A stretch of 64,000 bases of DNA from a virus (taxonomy: Duplodnaviria; Caudoviricetes), in IMG/VR virus record IMGVR_UViG_3300032225_001322, positions 1 through 64,000 of that record. One strand, given 5' to 3'. The position numbers and the translations under genes were made by a program. Positions 8,216 to 17,742 of the stretch are shown in pieces. Within the stretch, counting starts at the first letter, position 1. Each line of letters begins with the position of its first letter. The notes under the pieces were generated by a model, which ran no database searches, had not been told where the DNA came from, and worked only from the letters and a program-made list of their open reading frames with translations.

Positions 8216-8446
8216 TTAAAAGTGTGGGTCCATGTACTCATGTACACCAGGAATCAAATAGCAATACTTACAACCAGTTTGTGTATAATACACACGACCG
8301 TCCTGGGCTACTTTTTTGGTATATTTTGTACCTTGGCTTGTAGTAATAAATCGCTTAGTGATACGAGTAATCTTGCCATCGTAATAACGATCACCACCAA
8401 TACCATGACTAACATCGTCGCCTACTTTATAAGTTACTGTTATCAT
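8216..8446 (-). CDS. hypothetical early protein (start MITVTY)
   Basis: Downstream of the promoter-RBS cassette at 8453-8533. Confidence 0.7.
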   Translation of the reverse strand: MITVTYKVGDDVSHGIGGDRYYDGKITRITKRFITTSQGTKYTKKVAQDGRVYYTQTGCKYCYLIPGVHEYMDPHF

Positions 8447-8452
8447 TTTTAA

Positions 8453-8533
8453 CTCCTTTTTGTTTACTATGATACTAGTATAGCAAAATTGGAATTTCTC
8501 GTCAACCAAATTAGGTGTTGTTTTTAAACAACG
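8453..8533 (-). promoter_or_regulatory. early promoter-RBS cassette (TTGACG-N17-TATACT) with upstream GTTG-N8-CAAC palindrome
   Basis: 63/73 nt identical to 29701..29773; 46/48 nt identical to 58059..58106. Confidence 0.85.
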
Positions 8534-9129
8534 GTTTCTGCTCTATTATTAATTATACGATCTGCTAGCCCGTAGTCTACTGATTCTTGGGCACTCATAA
8601 AGTTATCCCGTTCCATATCATTGGTTAACTGTTCAAAAGTTTTACCCCGAGTATTGTGTTTAACATAAATCTCAGTCAAGTACTTTTTCATTTTAAGTAT
8701 TTCAGCCGCTTGGATTTGAATGTCTGTAGCTTGCCCGCGAGCACCACCCGAGGGTTGATGGATCATATGACGGGCATTGGGTAGTATCAATCGCTTACCC
8801 GGAGCTCCTGCTTGTGCTAGACAACTGCCCATAGAACAAGCCTGACCCATGACGATAGTGCTTACATCACATTTAATAAAGTTCATAGTATCATAGATAG
8901 CCATGCCTGCAGTTACTACACCACCTGGACTATTAATATAGAAAAGGATGTCTGCGTCTGGATCTTCGGCTTCTAAGAATAGCATCTGTGCCACTACTAA
9001 ACTAGATGAATTTTCATTGACATCTGTGTCCAACATGACGATACGATCTTTGAGCAGTCTACTGTAAATGTCGTAACTGCGTTCGCCTTTGGCCGTTTGT
9101 TCTACAACCATTGGAATTAAACTTGGCAT
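8524..9129 (-). CDS. clpP: ATP-dependent Clp protease proteolytic subunit
   Basis: [27 protein letters not shown] (Ser), MIHQPSGG (His), MERDNFM (Asp). Confidence 0.97.
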   Translation of the reverse strand: MPSLIPMVVEQTAKGERSYDIYSRLLKDRIVMLDTDVNENSSSLVVAQMLFLEAEDPDADILFYINSPGGVVTAGMAIYDTMNFIKCDVSTIVMGQACSMGSCLAQAGAPGKRLILPNARHMIHQPSGGARGQATDIQIQAAEILKMKKYLTEIYVKHNTRGKTFEQLTNDMERDNFMSAQESVDYGLADRIINNRAETVV

Positions 9130-9192
9130 ATCTTTCCTTTTATGTTTATAAGTTATTATACTACAGAATTGTTTTTAAAGCAAGAGTTTTGA

Positions 9193-9771
9193 TTATTTTT
9201 TGAAGTCGGATACAATATCACAAATGCCTAGTTTGAGTGCTTCTTCGGCAGATAGGTAAACATCTGAAGTTGGCAATAACTTTTTCATCACAGTAGCTCT
9301 TGTCATACCAGTAGTCTTCATATAATGATTGAGCATACGCTGTTGGATTAAAGTAAACTCTTTGGCTATGCTTATTAGTTCGTGATGTTTACCGTCTGAA
9401 CTACCTGAGTACTGATGACTCATAATAGAGGTATTTGGGGTTAACATTCTACGGCCTTTATGCCCTGCTAGGAATATCATTAAGCCCGCAGAGGCTATTA
9501 CACCCAGGCCCACGGTCTTAACTGGTATAGTGCTAGCACCTATGATGTCTATAAGAGCAAAAGCATCTTCTACCGAGCCGCCCTCGGAACATACTATTAG
9601 CAATAGTTCCTTTTTCTTCTTTTGGGTTACATGATTTTCGAGTAAGATCCACTCGATGATTGGTTTAATGCTTTCGTCCGAAACTTCATCCATTAGCACA
9701 TAGATACCCGAGTCTTGTAATATCTGCGAGGTATCGCGTTGATCAATTTCTGGGCTAGGTGCTAAGGGCAT
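9193..9771 (-). CDS. second, divergent ClpP-family protease
   Basis: SEGG, IASAG (Ser), MSHQ (His), SDVYLSAEEA...G..D. Confidence 0.88.
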   Translation of the reverse strand: MPLAPSPEIDQRDTSQILQDSGIYVLMDEVSDESIKPIIEWILLENHVTQKKKKELLLIVCSEGGSVEDAFALIDIIGASTIPVKTVGLGVIASAGLMIFLAGHKGRRMLTPNTSIMSHQYSGSSDGKHHELISIAKEFTLIQQRMLNHYMKTTGMTRATVMKKLLPTSDVYLSAEEALKLGICDIVSDFKK

Positions 9772-9862
9772 GTTCTCTCTACTTTTAATTAACTATGTAT
9801 ATTATTGTACTACAGATATTGAACAACAACAAGTATTTATGAGTAGATATATTACTGTTTGA

Positions 9863-10933
9863 TTAAGCTGAACACTGGTTTTTTGGCACTAGTTTTAGCT
9901 GAGTTTTGCTGGCTTGCTCCAAAGTAGTTGGCGTAGTTTTAAGTTGGATCGCTGTGTCCATAAATGCTTGACTGTTAACCCGGACATTAGATATGTTAGT
10001 TTTCGAAACATCTACAAAATAAGCGGATTGATTATAATCATCTATATGATCCAAGGCTGCCCAACGAAAGCATTGACGATGCATAACTTGATCCTGTTGT
10101 GTAAAAACAGTAAGTTCCACTTGTGGTTCGGATAATATCATAGTTTGGATTAATGCCGTAGCTTTAGCGGAATCCGAAAATCCCAATCGAGTACCTGCGA
10201 TATCTACTACCGATACATTACGGAAACAATTTGTCCAGCACCATGCATTGGTATTTTGGGCTGTGGCTTGATATGCTTCGGTCAACGAGTTTAAGTAATC
10301 TTTATTCCAACTTAACCTAAAGGGAATAGTTAGTATGCCGTTTCGATTATTATCAAATCGTACTTGCGAGGGTTTTAATTCTATTGTCATGCCGCGGCGA
10401 TAAAAGTCGTTGAGCACCACTCCAACTAATCTATCGCCTTGTTGTCGTTCATATTGGATAGAGGCCAAGTTAACACTGGCTTTGGCGCCATCTAAATCTC
10501 CAGCTACTCGATTTTCGTGTAATAGTCTATTTGCAATAATACTACGCTTGATCCAAACTTTCATTTGGGTCTTGTAACCAGTTTCAGCACTTACTTGATC
10601 TACAATAATAAACTTAGTGACATAACCCGAAGCATAGGATATTACTTCATCCCTGGCAATACGATTATTAACTACTTCGGTTTCAGATGCTATTATTGAT
10701 CCCACAGCTTGTTCTACTGCTAGCCTAAAACCATTTAGTTTAGATTCTTCGGCAGTTTTACCTACACCTACTACTTCGATATAGTAAACCTTTTCACCGC
10801 CAGAAAATAACCACTGCCCTGCTGTTAGTATTGTACTAATGGGTACCTGTAACAGCATGGCTGTGGTTATAACCTGGGCCTGACTGACTGTAACTAATAA
10901 AGCCAGGACTAGAGCTGTAATGAATCTTATCAT
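9863..10933 (-). CDS. secreted protein with LPP20-like N-terminal domain
   Basis: Signal peptide; G.G.T.E.....R.AVEQA.G..I.SET.V pattern. Confidence 0.6.
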   Translation of the reverse strand: MIRFITALVLALLVTVSQAQVITTAMLLQVPISTILTAGQWLFSGGEKVYYIEVVGVGKTAEESKLNGFRLAVEQAVGSIIASETEVVNNRIARDEVISYASGYVTKFIIVDQVSAETGYKTQMKVWIKRSIIANRLLHENRVAGDLDGAKASVNLASIQYERQQGDRLVGVVLNDFYRRGMTIELKPSQVRFDNNRNGILTIPFRLSWNKDYLNSLTEAYQATAQNTNAWCWTNCFRNVSVVDIAGTRLGFSDSAKATALIQTMILSEPQVELTVFTQQDQVMHRQCFRWAALDHIDDYNQSAYFVDVSKTNISNVRVNSQAFMDTAIQLKTTPTTLEQASKTQLKLVPKNQCSA

Positions 10934-11652
10934 TACATTGCCATCATACGGCCAACATCAAGACGGATTTCGTTGTTCTTTTTATCCCAGCGCATGACGA
11001 CCTTAACCGCTTTACCATCGTCGATTACGCTACCTTCTTTAAGATATAGACCCGACAAGATACCGCGATTAGTAGTGACAATGGTAGTACGCAATTTACT
11101 AGCAATTTTCATAGCATTGTTTCTAGTAGCCGTATTTTCTTCTGTATTGCCAGATGCCGCGGCTTTGACACGAGCGTCATCGTCTGCGGCCACTAAGTCA
11201 TCGGCGGTACCTGTGTTGCCTTCGGTTCTGCCTGGTTTGTTTGTAGAATAATTATTGCTATTATTATCCTGTGCGTGTTCCAAATTTTCTGAAATCATAA
11301 CAACAGATGTCTTACTAGCAATAGTTTCTTTATGGATAAAATCGTTTAAAGATTTTTTAGCTTCTAGTTCGGCTACACGGAATGCTTCACGAGCTGCATT
11401 ATGTGAGCCTCCCCATGTTGGAGCATAACCTGTGACTTCGATAGCTTCCATATTGCCACTTAGACTATAAATGATTCGAACACCTTGTTTCTTAAAATCG
11501 GATACCGCAAGTCGTTGATCCGCAATAGGAGTCGTAGCACTTGAGCCTGGTTCAATACCTGCGCCGCTGCTTAATTTGGACGGAACCGAACTACAGCCCA
11601 CCAAACCTACTAGCATACTACTCATTGCCAAAATTAAAATTCGTTGTTTCAT
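10933..11652 (-). CDS. lipoprotein (LPP20-like), likely start MKQRIL
   Basis: Lipobox LVGC; A.R.AEL.AK..L..FI pattern; sigma70 promoter at about 11687-11716. Confidence 0.7.
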   Translation of the reverse strand: MKQRILILAMSSMLVGLVGCSSVPSKLSSGAGIEPGSSATTPIADQRLAVSDFKKQGVRIIYSLSGNMEAIEVTGYAPTWGGSHNAAREAFRVAELEAKKSLNDFIHKETIASKTSVVMISENLEHAQDNNSNNYSTNKPGRTEGNTGTADDLVAADDDARVKAAASGNTEENTATRNNAMKIASKLRTTIVTTNRGILSGLYLKEGSVIDDGKAVKVVMRWDKKNNEIRLDVGRMMAM

Positions 11653-11730
11653 AATTAACCTCTTGATTGTGTTGTAACTATAAAACAGTATAGCTGATAT
11701 TGTAATTAAAGTCAATCGAAATATAGCCAA

Positions 11731-11755
11731 AAGAAAGCCCCTGTTACCAGGGGCC
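11731..11755 (-). terminator. intrinsic terminator after the phasin-like gene
   Basis: GCCCCTG-GTAA-CAGGGGC followed by TTTCTTTT. Confidence 0.7.
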
Positions 11756-11811
11756 GAAGATCCTATGCGGTGCGCTTCTACGAGAGGCGGACAGGATATG
11801 TTAGTGTGAAC

Positions 11812-12063
11812 TTACTTAACTAACTTAGCAAATTGGTTAGACAATTCTTCAGCTTGCTTGGATACAATAGAAGCAACAGAGTTGAATGCTTCTACTTGTG
11901 CGCGAGCAAAAGTACTAAAATCACCTGTTAAAGTAACCAAAGTCTTGCTGAGGTCTTTTGGTTCTACATAAGCCAAAACAGCCTGGGCATTCTTTTCAGC
12001 TTGGTCGATAAACTTAACTGGGTTCAATGCTTCTTTGATTGTATCAAATTTAAATGCGTTCAT
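11812..12063 (-). CDS. phasin-like (PHA granule-associated) amphipathic helical protein, start MNAFKF
   Basis: 83 aa, Ala/Gln/Lys-rich and predicted all-helical; strong SD; PhaR-like box upstream. Confidence 0.5.
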   Translation of the reverse strand: MNAFKFDTIKEALNPVKFIDQAEKNAQAVLAYVEPKDLSKTLVTLTGDFSTFARAQVEAFNSVASIVSKQAEELSNQFAKLVK

Positions 12064-12120
12064 GGTAAATCTCCTATAAATTAAGCGAGTTTTATTGCTA
12101 GCCCGAACCATTCGGCACTA
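12064..12120 (-). promoter_or_regulatory. ROSE-like RNA thermometer leader
   Basis: CUC(G)CU can pair with SD AGGAG leaving a bulged G; upstream hairpin UAGU(G)CCGAA-UGG-UUCGGGCUA. Confidence 0.6.
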
Positions 12121-12188
12121 ACTGTTCTCTACTTTACTTATCTAATTATATTGCGACCGCACATTTTTCGCAATCTTTTTGGTAGATT

Positions 12189-12896
12189 TTACTGGCGTAA
12201 TTTTGCCAAACCTAGAGATTTTAGAATAGTTATATAAAACCATCCGATATCAAATTCCCACCATCGTTGGCTAAATTTAGGATTAGCACCATCTGCATGA
12301 TGCCCGTTATGTAGCTCTTCGCCGCCAATCCATATGGCTATGGGCCATAGGTTGCGACTAGTGTCTTTGGTATCTGTATTGCGATAGCCCCACCAATGCG
12401 AGAGACCGTTAATAACGCCGGCCGCCCAAAACGGTATCCAAAGCATCTGAACACCCCATACTACCCATCCCCATAACCCAAATAAACATAGATCAATGAT
12501 CAGCATGAGCATGATACCCAGCGTATTATACTTTTTGTACAAGTGGCGCTCGACCCAGTCGTCTGGAGTACCAGCACTCAACTGTGAGATCATTACGCGG
12601 TCCTTGGCGGCTTGTTTATAAAGTAACGCACCACCGAGTAGTACTCGCCATATACCGTAGATTTGCGGACTATGTGGGTCGCCGGGTTGGTCAGACTTTT
12701 GGTGATGTTTACGGTGTACAGCCACCCATTCTTCTGTAATCATGCCGGTTGTCAGCCAAAGCCAAAAACGCATAACGTGTTCTAACGCAGGATGGAATGT
12801 AACTCCTCTGTGTGCTTGACTACGGTGTAGATAAAGTGTAACACAGGCTATAGTGAGTTGAACCATCACTAGGGTTGATAAGATTATGTACATCAA
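12189..12896 (-). CDS. delta-9 fatty acid (acyl-CoA) desaturase
   Basis: HRSQAH, HRKHH, GEELHNGHH and EFDIGWFYI motifs. Confidence 0.93.
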   Translation of the reverse strand: MMYIILSTLVMVQLTIACVTLYLHRSQAHRGVTFHPALEHVMRFWLWLTTGMITEEWVAVHRKHHQKSDQPGDPHSPQIYGIWRVLLGGALLYKQAAKDRVMISQLSAGTPDDWVERHLYKKYNTLGIMLMLIIDLCLFGLWGWVVWGVQMLWIPFWAAGVINGLSHWWGYRNTDTKDTSRNLWPIAIWIGGEELHNGHHADGANPKFSQRWWEFDIGWFYITILKSLGLAKLRQ

Positions 12897-12900
12897 TTAC

Positions 12901-13458
12901 TTAGCCGTACATTTCTTGGTATAAAAACTTGCTATTTTGTAGGAATGTGTGATAAACATTGCGTTGTTTAATTCCAACTTCTTGGGCAATGGTTGTCCAA
13001 CTTGGTGGATTTAGATGTATGTTTACTTCGCTGTCACCCAGAATATTGCGTGGCAATAGGCCATGTTTTTGGCATAGATGTTGTATAGGTTTATTCCACC
13101 CTAGGCAGTGCATGAACAATTCACTATAATTACGATTTCGGGCCCAGACTATGGCTTCTTCTAGCATAGCATTACCAATGCCTTCGCCGCGATAATCTTT
13201 ATGGATTATAATACCAAACTCTACTTGTAACTTACTAATTTTTGCAATGTGTAATGTGCCTAACCACTCGGTACAATTTTTTGCCACTAAAATCTCATGC
13301 TGGTCTGGCTCGGCTTCTATGCGTTCTATTAAACTTTCAACAAGTCCTGGACCGCCAGTCACACCAAAATATAGTTGCCGAGTTTCTTCGTCTTGACTGT
13401 TTAACCAATCACCATAACGGTAATGATCTTTTACACTTAGAAAATCTGTAGTAAACAT
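12901..13458 (-). CDS. GNAT acetyltransferase (likely start MFTTDF)
   Basis: EFGIII...YRGEGIG..ML motif A; N.PI..L..K.G. Confidence 0.85.
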   Translation of the reverse strand: MFTTDFLSVKDHYRYGDWLNSQDEETRQLYFGVTGGPGLVESLIERIEAEPDQHEILVAKNCTEWLGTLHIAKISKLQVEFGIIIHKDYRGEGIGNAMLEEAIVWARNRNYSELFMHCLGWNKPIQHLCQKHGLLPRNILGDSEVNIHLNPPSWTTIAQEVGIKQRNVYHTFLQNSKFLYQEMYG

Positions 13459-13459
13459 T

Positions 13460-13576
13460 TTATTTGTAGATAGATTTGGCTCTCTTATGTTGGCCGTTGC
13501 GGGCCAAATGTGCTGCATAACTAGCTTCAGTAATATCCATTATAGCGGACCAGATAAATTTTAAAATTTTTGACAT
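13460..13576 (-). CDS. small protein (38 aa, MSKILKFIWSAIMD...)
   Basis: Read manually; AAGGAG SD; first gene after the TAAATA promoter at 13622-13627. Confidence 0.65.
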   Translation of the reverse strand: MSKILKFIWSAIMDITEASYAAHLARNGQHKRAKSIYK

Positions 13577-13705
13577 TGTGTGTCTCCTTTAGTAGTGTAG
13601 GAACTCATGGTTTCTACTGAGTATTTATGCTGTACCGCAATAATGATTATTAATACTTAATACCAAATATGATTTCATACTAAATATTCTACAAGGAGAT
13701 TTATT

Positions 13706-13897
13706 ATGTTATCATTTATCAAAAAATTATTTGGTTCTAAGCCAGAAGAAGCAGCAGCGCCTTACAAAGTCGAAGCGCCAGTTGAGGCTCCAGTTAACGA
13801 AGCCGCATTACCGTTTCCAGCATCAAAACCTACTAAGAAACCGACTGCTAAAAAGGCTCCTGCTAAACCACGCAAGCCAAAATCCACAAAGGCTTAA
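13706..13897 (+). CDS. small Lys/Ala/Pro-rich (histone H1-like tail) protein
   Basis: KPTKKPTAKKAPAKPRKPK tail; TAAATA promoter and AAGGAG SD. Confidence 0.75.
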   Translation: MLSFIKKLFGSKPEEAAAPYKVEAPVEAPVNEAALPFPASKPTKKPTAKKAPAKPRKPKSTKA

Positions 13898-14196
13898 TGT
13901 TGTAGGAAGTATCGAATTAATCCGATACTATCAATTGTGACTAGGAACACGGAGTTAGCCATTAGGCCAAAACTCCGTCTAGTCCAGCAAGCCCAAGCAC
14001 TGGCACAACACCCGGCAATAAAAATACTATAAAGCGGAACTACCGGAATATCGGGCACCGTGGCTGCAAATATAACGGCGCTTACTACGGAGCAGGCCCA
14101 AGCAAATACTTCAGCACAGAATCTTACTCTGTTGCTTTTCCAGTCTGATTTAATATAACCCCAGGCATTATTTGTGCCTACTACGATCCATTCCAT
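13894..14196 (-). CDS. small membrane protein
   Basis: About three hydrophobic segments. Confidence 0.7.
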   Translation of the reverse strand: MEWIVVGTNNAWGYIKSDWKSNRVRFCAEVFAWACSVVSAVIFAATVPDIPVVPLYSIFIAGCCASAWACWTRRSFGLMANSVFLVTIDSIGLIRYFLQH

Positions 14197-14197
14197 T

Positions 14198-14425
14198 TTA
14201 TAGCCATTTCAATTTAAAATATGTTGCGTCTTCTGGGCGTTCAAATCTAAAAGCAAAACCTTCCGTACCATGATGCCCATGTAAATGATATCTACCGCCC
14301 GGAGCTTCGTCTATCCAAGATAATATTTCTCTAATTGGATAAAATGGCTTATCTACAATTTCTTCCCACATTATAATTACTTCTGTCCAGTCAGGGTGCG
14401 GATCTTGATAGTCTATTTTTTCCAT
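14198..14425 (-). CDS. hypothetical protein
   Basis: F.FE..EDAT.FKLKW C-terminus typical of a small phage family. Confidence 0.65.
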   Translation of the reverse strand: MEKIDYQDPHPDWTEVIIMWEEIVDKPFYPIREILSWIDEAPGGRYHLHGHHGTEGFAFRFERPEDATYFKLKWL

Positions 14426-15441
14426 TGTTCATACAATGCTCGACTGGCTAAGTTCTTACCTTTACTTTCACACATGATATCAAAGTCATCTAAGAAACTC
14501 AATGCCCATTCGTTAGTAGCATTATTCCAATAGAAGTCAGAGTGCGCTCTTAGTTTTTGCTTACTATGCCCGGATTCGAGAAGTGTTTTATGGTCGGGGG
14601 GACAGGTCGCATCATGTCCGACAAGGTAATCTTCACGACTAAGAGCATAATGAAGAGTAGGGCGAGTGCCCCGCCAACTGTCAATAACTCTTTTACAATA
14701 GTCGCTTCGGGGGTGTATGTACTCGCCCTCGCGGACCCAGTGATGATGAATGTCCAGGACAGTAGGAATAATATCAGAAAGGCTAAGAGTATGTTCGATC
14801 CCATGGGTTATTTCCTCGTTTTCAATTGTAATACAACTGCGGGCTTCGGGTGAGAGCCTGCTGTAGGCACGTCTAATACCTTCGGGACCTTCTCTACCCG
14901 ATATGTGGACATTGATTTTAAGATCCTGGAAGGCAATGCCATAACCCATCCATTTTGCCATATCAGCATGATATTCAAACTCCTGTATTGATCGATCAAT
15001 TATCCCTGGATTACTGCTCGCAAGAACAGTAAACTGACCAGGATGAAAACTAAGTCTAACACCGTGTAAGCGAGCGCAAGCACCAATTCTCGCAAACTCT
15101 TTTTCCGCGTATGAAACAACACTAGGTTCCATCCAATAGTCAGAATAATCGTCGTGAGTATAGCCAGGCAAGATGTCACTACTAAGCCGAACCATACGAA
15201 GATTTGGAGGTAACTCACTGACTCGCTCCACCAACAATCTTGTTGCTTCGATATTGCCTACCATTAAATCCCATAATTTTTGTTCTGCTATTTCTCTTGA
15301 CTGTCTATTTAACCAAGTTATGGTAGTTGTACCTGTATTGTATTTTTTGGCATCGTCTTTGGGTTTAATACCATTTACCTGTTCGGGGGTATCAATCCAT
15401 TTGCAAGCAAAGCCAATACGGGGAATAGTCTTAATCGTCAT
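14413..15441 (-). CDS. uvsE: UV damage repair endonuclease
   Basis: RIGFAC, RLSSD, RLSFHPGQFTVLAS, IENE, LDIHHH and HSD motifs. Confidence 0.92.
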   Translation of the reverse strand: MTIKTIPRIGFACKWIDTPEQVNGIKPKDDAKKYNTGTTTITWLNRQSREIAEQKLWDLMVGNIEATRLLVERVSELPPNLRMVRLSSDILPGYTHDDYSDYWMEPSVVSYAEKEFARIGACARLHGVRLSFHPGQFTVLASSNPGIIDRSIQEFEYHADMAKWMGYGIAFQDLKINVHISGREGPEGIRRAYSRLSPEARSCITIENEEITHGIEHTLSLSDIIPTVLDIHHHWVREGEYIHPRSDYCKRVIDSWRGTRPTLHYALSREDYLVGHDATCPPDHKTLLESGHSKQKLRAHSDFYWNNATNEWALSFLDDFDIMCESKGKNLASRALYEQWKK

Positions 15442-15472
15442 GTTACTATAATACTATAACACGAATTAATTG

Positions 15473-16033
15473 TCAATCGTTTAGGATTTTTAATACATTA
15501 TCGAAAGTGTCTTTGCCAATATTTGATAATTCGGCAAGTTCTGGGCGAAGTTCGCTGGGGTGATCGACTAGTATCCATTGTACATGGGGAGTTGATTTGA
15601 TTGCTTGGGTTACTAATCCACGATAGTTTCGAGCTTTAACTTCCTCAAGTTTATCCAATTTTTTTTCTTTTTCGGTCCAATCAAAACCTAATAGTAGTAC
15701 AATATCACATATACTAGCCGCAAGATTCATAGCTACCAGTTCATCCTGATTGTCCACATCGTGCCCCATGAAGTCGCCTTCGTATAATCTCACGCCCTGC
15801 GGGCGATTTAATGTTACATACGACGAATTTGGAATATAAAAATTACAAGTAGCTTGAAAAGCTCTTTTGATTAATTCTTGAGATTTTGGCAAGTCGTGGC
15901 AGATAACATTATCGGTATTATACGCCCGCCATGTTTTCCAAGAACCCCAAAAAGCTCCCCCGCGTTTCATTCGCATAATATCAGCTGTTGGATCTAATAC
16001 AAGATTGTCAGCAAGAACCCATTGAATATTCAT
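15473..16033 (-). CDS. hypothetical protein (Rossmann-like LLGFD motif)
   Basis: 186-aa ORF. Confidence 0.65.
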   Translation of the reverse strand: MNIQWVLADNLVLDPTADIMRMKRGGAFWGSWKTWRAYNTDNVICHDLPKSQELIKRAFQATCNFYIPNSSYVTLNRPQGVRLYEGDFMGHDVDNQDELVAMNLAASICDIVLLLGFDWTEKEKKLDKLEEVKARNYRGLVTQAIKSTPHVQWILVDHPSELRPELAELSNIGKDTFDNVLKILND

Positions 16034-16147
16034 ACATTTACTTAGTTAAAAGTTTAATGTAGGTAGTTTAAAACAAGATACTTAATTTGACTTACCTAGT
16101 ACTAAATACTTGTAGCTTTACAATAATAACAATAATAAGGAGCAAGC

Positions 16148-16693
16148 ATGTCGGCAGTTCAAGAATCAAAGCCGCTCTCACGAAGCGAAAGAGAAGCACA
16201 CATTAAAGATCGGGCAGGGTGGGTAATAACTGTACTCGCTGCGTTGCTGGCGGTTAATACTTTAATGGGAGGGGCAAACTCCAGTCATATACTCAACAAC
16301 ACTATAGATGCCAATAATATCTGGGCATTTTATCAAGCTAAAAGTATCAAACAAACCTTAGCTGAAATGGCACACGATGATGCTGTACGGGTAGGGGACA
16401 AAATCAAAGCTCAAGATTTAAAAGCCAAGATTGATCGATATGAATCTGATCCTGCGACAGGAGAAGGCAAACATGAATTAATGGCTAAAGCTAAAAAATT
16501 AGAAGCCACTCGTGCTGATGCTAAACATCGTAGCCCCTGGTACACTTATGCTGGTAGTCTATTTCAAATAGCCATTGTACTATTAACTGCTAGTATTCTG
16601 GCAGTCAACATGAATCTATTCTGGGCTAGCATTGGCGTTGGCATCCTAGGTTCTATATCAATGACCGAGGCTATATGGTTATGGATCCAGTAA
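16148..16693 (+). CDS. DUF4337-like membrane protein
   Basis: WAFYQAKSIKQ and QIAIVL..ASIL motifs. Confidence 0.85.
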   Translation: MSAVQESKPLSRSEREAHIKDRAGWVITVLAALLAVNTLMGGANSSHILNNTIDANNIWAFYQAKSIKQTLAEMAHDDAVRVGDKIKAQDLKAKIDRYESDPATGEGKHELMAKAKKLEATRADAKHRSPWYTYAGSLFQIAIVLLTASILAVNMNLFWASIGVGILGSISMTEAIWLWIQ

Positions 16694-17115
16694 GCGGGGC
16701 AAAGGCAGCGGCTAGCACATTAAAAGGAGCACAGGCCGCAGGTAAAGAACTAGGATCGGTTGTGTCTTCACAACAAGCCGACATGGAAGCAGCGGTACAG
16801 CAACAACATCGAGCACGGGTTCAAGCTAAACTAGCAGCGGAAAGACATGCTGCTATGTTAGAAGTCCGTGCTGTAGAAAAATACGAACAACAAAAAGCAC
16901 ACGAAAGAGAAATAGAAAAAGTAAAACAAGACACCATACGCAAACATGGAAAAAATGCCTGGATTGAAGTGGAGGCATTAAAAGCCAAAATGCAAAAAGA
17001 ACAAGAAGAAGAAAACAAGCTAGTAGATTATGACCGTCAACGACAAATGCAGGCGTTTTGGTGGTGTATGACTGCTGCGGCCTTGGTCACTTACTTTTTT
17101 AAATTATACAAATAA
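16675..17115 (+). CDS. coiled-coil protein with C-terminal TM segment
   Basis: Helical composition; follows DUF4337 gene. Confidence 0.7.
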   Translation: MVMDPVSGAKAAASTLKGAQAAGKELGSVVSSQQADMEAAVQQQHRARVQAKLAAERHAAMLEVRAVEKYEQQKAHEREIEKVKQDTIRKHGKNAWIEVEALKAKMQKEQEEENKLVDYDRQRQMQAFWWCMTAAALVTYFFKLYK

Positions 17116-17116
17116 C

Positions 17117-17233
17117 ATGCAACCCATATTTTTTATAACTGTATTCATTGTCTTATCGGCAATGATTGTTTTAGAATCTGATACCATGAAAACTCAGTCA
17201 CAACGAGTTACAGCAGCACAGCATCAACGTTAA
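17117..17233 (+). CDS. small membrane peptide (MQPIFFITVFIVL...)
   Basis: Read manually; starts 1 nt after the upstream stop. Confidence 0.45.
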   Translation: MQPIFFITVFIVLSAMIVLESDTMKTQSQRVTAAQHQR

Positions 17234-17258
17234 TTAAATTTTACTAAAGGAGAATAAC

Positions 17259-17345
17259 ATGAATTTAGCACCAATAGTTTTTATCTTTGTTCTTATAGGA
17301 TCTTTAGGTCTTGCAATGTTAGAAGCTCTGGCAAAAATGTCGTGA
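17259..17345 (+). CDS. 28-aa membrane peptide (MNLAPIVFIFVLIG...)
   Basis: Read manually; strong AAGGAG SD. Confidence 0.55.
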   Translation: MNLAPIVFIFVLIGSLGLAMLEALAKMS

Positions 17346-17517
17346 TACCGGCTCAGTGGTTTCGAATTACAAGTGTTACTCATGTTAATGGTAAACTATG
17401 GAACGTAGTTTATCAAACTCAGGATGGGCAAGTAGATTTTGAGACAGTAGAAGCATTAGATGACCAAGAAGCCTATCAGTTGGCTGTAAAGATTTTGAAT
17501 AAAAAAGTAATAAAATA

Positions 17518-17718
17518 ATGGACAGAGCTAATATAAAATTACAACATTATGGGGATGCATTTAATACTACTTGGTACTGGACTGATGAGACCGGTAAAAC
17601 AATCTCACCATATATAAATGATTCAGATGTGGCCGAGCGCTGGGGTAAACTCTATTTACAAGCAGTAGCCGATAGCGTAGTCCGTGTCAACGGGGTTACT
17701 TATAACTCAAAAAAATAA
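17518..17718 (+). CDS. hypothetical protein
   Basis: TAATG coupling to a short upstream GTG-start ORF. Confidence 0.55.
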   Translation: MDRANIKLQHYGDAFNTTWYWTDETGKTISPYINDSDVAERWGKLYLQAVADSVVRVNGVTYNSKK

Positions 17719-17742
17719 ATACCTTTACAGCAAGGAGATCCT

